From: a virus
Lineage: Duplodnaviria > Caudoviricetes
Length of the DNA stretch: 64,000 bases
Reading direction: 5' to 3' (one strand)
IMG/VR virus record: IMGVR_UViG_3300032038_000003
Span: 32,001-96,000 of that record
A program made the position numbers and the translations under genes. Position 1 is the first letter of the stretch. Each line of letters opens with the position of its first letter. The notes under the pieces were generated by a model. It saw nothing but the letters and a program-made list of their open reading frames with translations. It was not told the origin of the DNA and did not search any database. Shown in pieces: positions 57,779-64,000 of this stretch.

Positions 57779-58220
57779 ATCCGCCTTCTCCTCTTTCAGT
57801 TTCTGTAAGTTTATCTAAAGTAACTGTTTCGAATATTACTTTCGGAACTGGCATAAAAATTACTTGTGCGATACGTTCACCGTTAGCAATGGTTCTTACT
57901 TCGTTACCATGGTTATGTAATGGAACGAACCATTCGCCACGATAGTCGCTATCTATGACACCAACTTTATTTGCTGGAGCAAGGTCTTGCTTAGTAGCTA
58001 ATCCGCTACGAGCAAATACAAGTCCAACATATCCGTCGGGGATCTCTGTTTTGATACCAACAGATAACTTTGCAGTCTGTCCTGGAGCAATCTCAACTAC
58101 GGTATTAGGATCAATACAAGCGTAGAGATCAGCACCAGCTGCAAATTCTGAACCAAAAGTAGGTTCATGAGCATTTTCATTAGTAAGAGTAACTAGTACA
58201 TTAATCGATTCTGATTGCAT
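57756..58220 (-). CDS. dut: Trimeric dUTPase
   Basis: AGADL, ARSGLA, GVIDSDYRGE, GERIAQ, RGEGGFGSTG. Confidence 0.96.
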   Translation of the reverse strand: MQSESINVLVTLTNENAHEPTFGSEFAAGADLYACIDPNTVVEIAPGQTAKLSVGIKTEIPDGYVGLVFARSGLATKQDLAPANKVGVIDSDYRGEWFVPLHNHGNEVRTIANGERIAQVIFMPVPKVIFETVTLDKLTETERGEGGFGSTGSN

Positions 58221-59271
58221 GTGGGGTATTCCTCCTTTTTTTTGATTGAACTTTAGTCTTTATTAGTTTGCAGTCACTCTTATTACAATGAGTGATTGTT
58301 TGTAATGTACTACATCCATAGGTTTTATTACCGTAAAATATAGATTTAATTGTAGCTTTCATTTCTCTATTAGGAGTCGGTTTGGTATTCTTTGAATTCC
58401 ATTCCGTCATAAGGTCTACTATTTCTTCAAAGGTCTTACCAGACTCTCTGTAAAAACTGGTAAGACATGCAATAGTAATATTACGAGATCCTTCTTCTGC
58501 TCCATTTTCCAAAATGTTTTGTATGCATTCTGGCACTACGTTTAATGTTTTACGATATCTAAATCCTTTTTCTCGTGAAGCAAACTCTTTTGCCAATTTC
58601 TCATAATTCTCAATAACTTTTAAATATTGATTTCCAGCTATAGGATTATAAACTGGCTTATCTTTTAAAATAAGATTACGAGGTTGCTTCGCAAGGTTCT
58701 TAATGTCTTGTTCTGTAAGATTGATTAGTTCATCTGGAGTAAGCATTATTTTGTACAAACCAGTTGAACTATTAATCGTATTAGGAACTCTAAATAAACG
58801 TTTGTTGTCGTATATCTTTAAATCAACAGTTTTGTGAATAGAGAATGTTTTAATCTGTTCAGCTATTGTTTTAAAGATTCCGTTTAAATCTTTACGAGGT
58901 TGTATACCAAGGATTTCACTTGGAATAATCAAATGAAATCCTTTATGACCAGAAAAATAAATCTTTATTTTATCTGGTTGTATTTGATATACAATCTTAA
59001 AGAAACTCAACGTATGTATTGCATCTTCTCTTGCATTATCAATACTGTTTGCATCATCAAAGTCTAAATATAAGTTCCCGTATAAATTGGCATCCTCGAC
59101 CTTTTCATTGTCATAAAGGTACGCAGAACAATAAGTATCAAGACAATTAAGGCTTTTAATATGTTCAAAAAACCGATTATAATCGATGTATTCATTTCTG
59201 ATAAATGTCCTTTCTGTAGAATTATTAGTATAGCCGATTTCTACTATTGTGCATTGATTAGATTCATTCAT
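58201..59271 (-). CDS. Archaeo-eukaryotic primase (AEP/PrimPol) with PriCT-type C-domain
   Basis: LYLDFD, FSGHKGFH, D.KIYD..RLFRVPNT.N, EGSRN, YGC...C....C. Confidence 0.88.
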   Translation of the reverse strand: MNESNQCTIVEIGYTNNSTERTFIRNEYIDYNRFFEHIKSLNCLDTYCSAYLYDNEKVEDANLYGNLYLDFDDANSIDNAREDAIHTLSFFKIVYQIQPDKIKIYFSGHKGFHLIIPSEILGIQPRKDLNGIFKTIAEQIKTFSIHKTVDLKIYDNKRLFRVPNTINSSTGLYKIMLTPDELINLTEQDIKNLAKQPRNLILKDKPVYNPIAGNQYLKVIENYEKLAKEFASREKGFRYRKTLNVVPECIQNILENGAEEGSRNITIACLTSFYRESGKTFEEIVDLMTEWNSKNTKPTPNREMKATIKSIFYGNKTYGCSTLQTITHCNKSDCKLIKTKVQSKKRRNTPHAIRID

Positions 59272-59893
59272 TGAATAAATTCCTTTTCTTTGGAGAATAG
59301 TAAGGTTCACTATCGCTAATCGAATATTTCATTTCTTCGAGATACTGATCGGCTTTATTGGCATATTCATCCCAGTCTCCAAGATTGAAAAGTGTTCCAT
59401 TAGCTTTGTAATCGGCAGCTGCAATGTCTGTCATGAACAATAATCTGTCGATACCGTACTGATCTATTTTGTACTTAATCATGCCAGTGGTTTTGTTCAT
59501 GGACCATTCTTGCATGTTTAATGGCATTGTATTGTAAAAGTATCGAACAAATTCTTGAATTGTGTAGCTTGCAACGGGTTCAAGAAAATATTCTGGTGTC
59601 CTACTAACCAAGGTTCCATGATCAATATCTCTATCAATGGTCGGTGGCTTACTTACAAGTTTCAACTCTTTATGATAGTATCTTTCGTTAGGATTTAATT
59701 TATTAATCATATCTTCGTTGCCACGTTTCCGATATGAGAAAAGATTCCAACGAAAGTCTTTATGGTTATAGAAAGTAGTTAAAATTTCAGTCTTAATATC
59801 TTTATAGGTATAACCCAGTGAAAGATATTGAGTAAATAAACCACAAAGTTGATTAGCAAACTGTTTATCCCCACCAACCATTAGTATAAACAT
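59264..59893 (-). CDS. Hypothetical protein
   Basis: 209-aa ORF coupled to primase. Confidence 0.6.
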   Translation of the reverse strand: MFILMVGGDKQFANQLCGLFTQYLSLGYTYKDIKTEILTTFYNHKDFRWNLFSYRKRGNEDMINKLNPNERYYHKELKLVSKPPTIDRDIDHGTLVSRTPEYFLEPVASYTIQEFVRYFYNTMPLNMQEWSMNKTTGMIKYKIDQYGIDRLLFMTDIAAADYKANGTLFNLGDWDEYANKADQYLEEMKYSISDSEPYYSPKKRNLFNE

Positions 59894-59925
59894 AGCTACA
59901 AGGTCATATACAGAACCCTTATCGG

Positions 59926-60738
59926 TTAGTAGGTTTGTTGTTCCCGCAGTGCATCAGTCCAGTTAATGAACTTATCAAGCCATTCTGGATTAAAGAAGTC
60001 ATATTCAAGCCCACAATATCTCATGAACCATGATGACATTTGTTCTTTAGTGGTAACGTTATGTGCTTTCATCCATGCTTGAAGCTTTGCACCAGTTTCG
60101 TTAGTCCAGTTAGGTTTCATATATACATGACCAGGATTTACTTCATCAGCAGTAGGAGTCTTTAAGGCATCTGCCTTATTAACTTGATCCCAAAACTGTT
60201 TTTCGTATGCATCACATTCTGGTGTACCAAATTCAAGGTATTCTGGTTCTTCTTTCTTAGGCTCTTCTTTTACTTGTGATGTGTCGTTGTTGTCACCAAG
60301 CAATGCTTCAAATATTGCCTGAGCATCGTTTTGAGACTGCTCTGAGGCGTTCTGTTGGGTTTTAGCCTTGATGTTCGATAATTCTGCCATAACAGATGCA
60401 GAAGTCGTTTTAGGCTGCTCTGAAGCGTTCTGAGTAGGTTGAGAAGTTTCCTCAGAAACGCTGTTGACATTTGTGATCAGCTTATTAATAATATTACATA
60501 TAGCAGACCACTCGTTAGACCCTGTGCCGTCAATAGTACGACCAGGAAGAAAAAGTGTTCCCGCTACGCACATCCCCCCATTAGTGCTAATCATGTGAGT
60601 AATCTTGAATGTCCATTCTGGAAACACATTGTCAAGAATTGATACTACTGTATCTTCTGATATCGAAGTGTTTAGTTTGGTGAGATAATTCTTATCCCAC
60701 TTCATAGATAAGAACTTTTCTGTAAGCTTTTCGTACAT
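59926..60738 (-). CDS. Protein with Rad52/Sak-like N-terminal domain
   Basis: ISEDTVVSILDNVFPEWTFKI...V.GTL.L...IDGTG; low-complexity linker; C-terminal helical domain. Confidence 0.5.
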   Translation of the reverse strand: MYEKLTEKFLSMKWDKNYLTKLNTSISEDTVVSILDNVFPEWTFKITHMISTNGGMCVAGTLFLPGRTIDGTGSNEWSAICNIINKLITNVNSVSEETSQPTQNASEQPKTTSASVMAELSNIKAKTQQNASEQSQNDAQAIFEALLGDNNDTSQVKEEPKKEEPEYLEFGTPECDAYEKQFWDQVNKADALKTPTADEVNPGHVYMKPNWTNETGAKLQAWMKAHNVTTKEQMSSWFMRYCGLEYDFFNPEWLDKFINWTDALREQQTY

Positions 60739-60770
60739 CTCGTAAGATCTCCTTTCGTATTAGTGATTAC

Positions 60771-60799
60771 ATTGTACATCTTAAAATGTTTGGTGTCAA
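60771..60799 (-). promoter_or_regulatory. Near-consensus sigmaA promoter heading the leftward replication block
   Basis: Minus strand TTGACA-17bp-TACAAT, with an A/T-rich tract upstream (60805-60820). Confidence 0.8.
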
Positions 60800-60822
60800 C
60801 TACTTTTTAAAAAAAAATTTAG

Positions 60823-60863
60823 ACAAAGAAAAACCCTCATGATTGGGGGAATCATGAGGGTTT
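60823..60863 (-). terminator. Intrinsic terminator after the structural genes
   Basis: AAACCCTCATGATT / AATCATGAGGGTTT, T-rich run on the minus strand. Confidence 0.75.
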
Positions 60864-60933
60864 CGAGAAGGTTCTAATACTACCAGTTACAAGATGTTTG
60901 CTTACATTACACATTATATATATTAACATTGCA

Positions 60934-62205
60934 TTAGTCAAGCCTGTATTTGATGCGTGTCATGTAGATATTAGGCGTATCTTCATTGCCTTCTATGTAA
61001 AATTTTACCAATAATTTATGCCCACTAAGAATAAATGGAGCAGTACCAGATATTCTATGATAGTTATCACTAGAATCAAAGTAATAATATTCTTTAATGA
61101 CATTAAAGTTTTGGTCATCAGCTCTGGTAATATTGTTAAATAATACTTCAGCATCATATATTTTGATTAGTCTATCTGTTTCTGGAAATTCAAACACTTC
61201 ACTAAAGATACTGTTGTCTTTAGAATATCTATTAAATAATACATCTACGTTTCTTAATCCTAAATACCATACTCTTCTATCGAGAGTAGAGTCGTATTCA
61301 AAATTACGCTGACGTACTTTAATTTTGATCTGATTAATCTGCAATGCTTTGAAGTTAAATCTTAAATTGTTTGCGTTAGGGATAATGGTACGATGATAAG
61401 TATTACCAAAGATATCTTCGTATTCTTCCTCTTCGGCTCCGAAATGTGTTTCAAATCCAGGCACTCTCACCCAAGCACCGTTAGATTTATATTGAACATC
61501 CATAATGTCCATATAGCCAAGTGGAAATGGCTGAATAACAATTTCATTTGCCTGTCTGGTCGTTACAATGTCTTCTGGTAACGCTATAACAATTTCGTTC
61601 TCTATTTCGTTTACATTGGCATTAGTAGTAACTTTACGATACCAAACATTTGCTTCTGTACCATCAAAGATATTTCTTACATCGCTATCTTCAATAGTGT
61701 AGATGTTTTCTCCAACAACAAAATTATCTGGACCAATATATGCTTGGATACTGTCTGGCACTAATACTTCATCGTAAGTTTCATCATATAAATGAGTTTT
61801 GCTTACGCTTGAAATAGTATGTGCAGTAATATCGTTTGTTGATTTGTTCACGATAGCTTTATAGTTATCTTCAATTACTTCTGCTTCGTGTGCAAATTTT
61901 GATTGGTATCTGTACTCTTTATCTGTTGCTTTGAGATTATTATACAATTCTTCAGTTTGCTGCAACTTTAATAAAGTCTCAGATAAACGTTTGCCATATA
62001 CAGTAGATTCAATGCTGTTAGCAAGATTAAATTCATATAAATTTTTTTGTAATAGATTAGCCTTATTGAAAAGATCCAGGATATCTCTAAACGCTTCTGT
62101 TTGAAGATTGTTTAATTCATGAGAACTCATAAGAGTTCTGTATTTGAATTCTCTTTCTTGGATATCTGGTATATTTCTTATAAACAAATTACTGACTGTT
62201 TTCAT
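60934..62205 (-). CDS. Probable virion structural protein (tail/baseplate-like)
   Basis: N-terminal coiled coil, beta-rich C-terminus with discoidin-like NIFDG...W motif; context. Confidence 0.5.
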   Translation of the reverse strand: MKTVSNLFIRNIPDIQEREFKYRTLMSSHELNNLQTEAFRDILDLFNKANLLQKNLYEFNLANSIESTVYGKRLSETLLKLQQTEELYNNLKATDKEYRYQSKFAHEAEVIEDNYKAIVNKSTNDITAHTISSVSKTHLYDETYDEVLVPDSIQAYIGPDNFVVGENIYTIEDSDVRNIFDGTEANVWYRKVTTNANVNEIENEIVIALPEDIVTTRQANEIVIQPFPLGYMDIMDVQYKSNGAWVRVPGFETHFGAEEEEYEDIFGNTYHRTIIPNANNLRFNFKALQINQIKIKVRQRNFEYDSTLDRRVWYLGLRNVDVLFNRYSKDNSIFSEVFEFPETDRLIKIYDAEVLFNNITRADDQNFNVIKEYYYFDSSDNYHRISGTAPFILSGHKLLVKFYIEGNEDTPNIYMTRIKYRLD

Positions 62206-63971
62206 TTACTTTTGTCCTCCGATTTATATATACCAGTTGTGTAATGGTCGTCTTTTAAGATAGCATTTAATTGATGTTGCATAAATGATACGTCATTTAA
62301 AGTAGTGATTTTAATACTTGTATCACCAGCTACATCAGAAATGATTTGATTGTATTGCTTTTCTATATCTGTAAACAAAGAATACAACTCTTGAATGTTC
62401 TTAATAATCATTCTGGCATAATCATTAGTCTTAATACCTTCAGCTGGCCCACGATATCTATTGTTTAAGATAGTGGCTCTTGGATAGTTATTGTTTAAAG
62501 AAGTAGGGAAGATATTATTATTAGTAGTGCTATCGTTTTCCAGGCCATTAACAATAATTTCTCCAGTTAAGGTAGTAGTGTTTTCGTTATATGTAACTGT
62601 AATAACGTTTGGACCAACATCATGAATAATATTGGTACTAACAACAAAGTTCTTAACTGTCTTTATTGTACCATTGTTGTAATAAATATTACAGATAACT
62701 CTTTCTAAATCAAAAGTTCTGCCTTGATATATTCCAGGGCCAGTATATGTAACTTGTATATCTGTAGGTTTTAAATCGGGTATGAAACCAACAACTGTAA
62801 ATGATGTTGTAATAACGCCAAGTTGTCCTTCATAAGAGATGTTATAAGTATTAACACCTTCTTTTGAAACAAGAGTATCACTTATCTCACAATCATCAAC
62901 ATCAATGGTTTCATAGTATGAATTTCCTACATCACCACCAGCAGAATAATAAATCTTAACTTGTACATATGATGGCTGGAAGTTATGATTTACTTCTACT
63001 TGTGGACCATTGTAATATGCGATCAGTCTCGATAACTTGACTTTAAAAGGAGTAACCTGGATTTGACATGTATGTCCTTTATAAAAGATATCGATTAAGC
63101 CATCATTGGTTTCTGTGACGATATTACCGTTAGGGAATTCAAAATCAGTAATAGTAGATTCTGTATCATCTGAATAATGTCCTATTACAACAAAGAATTT
63201 TTTCTGTGCTTCTTTGCCATAGGCAACCATTTCGCCATCCCAATATCCAGCAATAGATTGTAGATTACGAATACCTTGTACTATAAAGGTAGTCTTATTT
63301 ACGTCACCCTCTGGGTCTATGTAATATACTTCAAATACATTAGCTCCAAGCTGAGTAACAATTTTATCTGCTGGCTCAAGCGTATATGGAGTAGAGCCAT
63401 TATGATTATCAATCTTAACTTCGTTGCCATCATCGTATTGGGCAACAACTTCAAGCTGATCAGTATCTAATTCTTCTCCTACTGGAACAGCGTCACCTTT
63501 ATATTTTGCAGTAATGTTAATTACATTTGGAACCGCATATTCGTCTACTAATACGATTGCATAATGACTATATCTTGATCCAGTTGTAGACGATTTTGAA
63601 GAGTCGTCATAAAATATAACACTGCTTTTACTTACGTTAAATGGTTTACCAACGTAATAATAGCCAGTATCTGGATCGCTAGTATCGACATAATTAGAAC
63701 CCATCCATGTTTGAATATTAGAAACAAACTGGTTCCAGTTATCATCAATGTCATTTATTTCTGAATAACCAAATGCAGTGTCGATTGGTTTCATACAATA
63801 AACAACACTATGAGTCGTACTATATGGATTTTCTATTTGAATTTCTGGATGTCCATAATAGATATGCTGCTCATTATTAGGGATATTATTTAATACCCCA
63901 TATTCTCTATCGAGATTAGAAATCTCACAGCCTTCTATTCTACACCATCCATTTGTTCTAACATTCAGCAT
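62202..63971 (-). CDS. Probable virion protein with tandem Ig-like (Big) repeats
   Basis: About four repeats of type I.A.Y.G..V..G......V...Y.DG....G.N...V.Y. Confidence 0.65.
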   Translation of the reverse strand: MLNVRTNGWCRIEGCEISNLDREYGVLNNIPNNEQHIYYGHPEIQIENPYSTTHSVVYCMKPIDTAFGYSEINDIDDNWNQFVSNIQTWMGSNYVDTSDPDTGYYYVGKPFNVSKSSVIFYDDSSKSSTTGSRYSHYAIVLVDEYAVPNVINITAKYKGDAVPVGEELDTDQLEVVAQYDDGNEVKIDNHNGSTPYTLEPADKIVTQLGANVFEVYYIDPEGDVNKTTFIVQGIRNLQSIAGYWDGEMVAYGKEAQKKFFVVIGHYSDDTESTITDFEFPNGNIVTETNDGLIDIFYKGHTCQIQVTPFKVKLSRLIAYYNGPQVEVNHNFQPSYVQVKIYYSAGGDVGNSYYETIDVDDCEISDTLVSKEGVNTYNISYEGQLGVITTSFTVVGFIPDLKPTDIQVTYTGPGIYQGRTFDLERVICNIYYNNGTIKTVKNFVVSTNIIHDVGPNVITVTYNENTTTLTGEIIVNGLENDSTTNNNIFPTSLNNNYPRATILNNRYRGPAEGIKTNDYARMIIKNIQELYSLFTDIEKQYNQIISDVAGDTSIKITTLNDVSFMQHQLNAILKDDHYTTGIYKSEDKSK

Positions 63972-64000
63972 ATTCTAAACTCACTTTCCTGTTATTCTAA

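Noticed and set aside
89-63470. Numerous antisense or out-of-frame ORFs in the track (e.g. 28987..29496 -, 40122..40571 -, 14645..15022 -)
   Set aside because: They lie within well-supported genes, lack RBS and motifs, and are best explained as shadow ORFs.
1-64000. Uracil-substituted genome or recoded stop codons
   Set aside because: Intact Ung and dUTPase argue against uracil DNA; standard-code ORFs tile the window densely and all three stop codons terminate genes.

Overview
This AT-rich, gene-dense window looks like part of a large (probably jumbo) phage or phage-like replicon infecting an anaerobic Firmicute (Clostridia/Lachnospiraceae-like). Genes run on the + strand from 1 to ~48600 and on the - strand from ~48640 to 64000, converging on a bidirectional terminator. 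It encodes a nearly autonomous replication/recombination set: DnaE, divergent beta clamp, DnaX, SSB, DnaG and AEP primases, a DnaB-type helicase with an extra N-terminal domain, RecA, two Rad52-like proteins, RuvC, a second resolvase-like nuclease, an Mre11/Rad50 system split over three genes and a SNF2 helicase. It also carries nucleotide metabolism genes (NrdD/NrdG, glutaredoxin-like, dUTPase, Ung), host-like regulators (sigma factor, SpoVG, cold-shock protein, GroES) and a RavA/ViaA-like AAA+/VWA pair. Lysis-related genes are two holins, a GH25-LysM endolysin and an SLT, and two probable virion structural genes lie at the right end. The most notable unexplained structures are four: (i) an array of small genes joined by a repeated 21-bp junction encoding ESEDKE + RBS + ATGA (45994-47724); (ii) a holin-endolysin cassette bracketed by a 93-bp direct repeat whose terminator loop is inverted between copies; (iii) an Mre11-Rad50N fusion ending at the zinc hook, with the rest of Rad50 on two separate genes; (iv) sigmaA-type promoters superimposed on hairpins around core replication genes. 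No tRNA, rRNA, CRISPR array, transposase, integrase, reverse transcriptase or intein was recognised. All protein assignments come from motif recognition by eye, without database searches.
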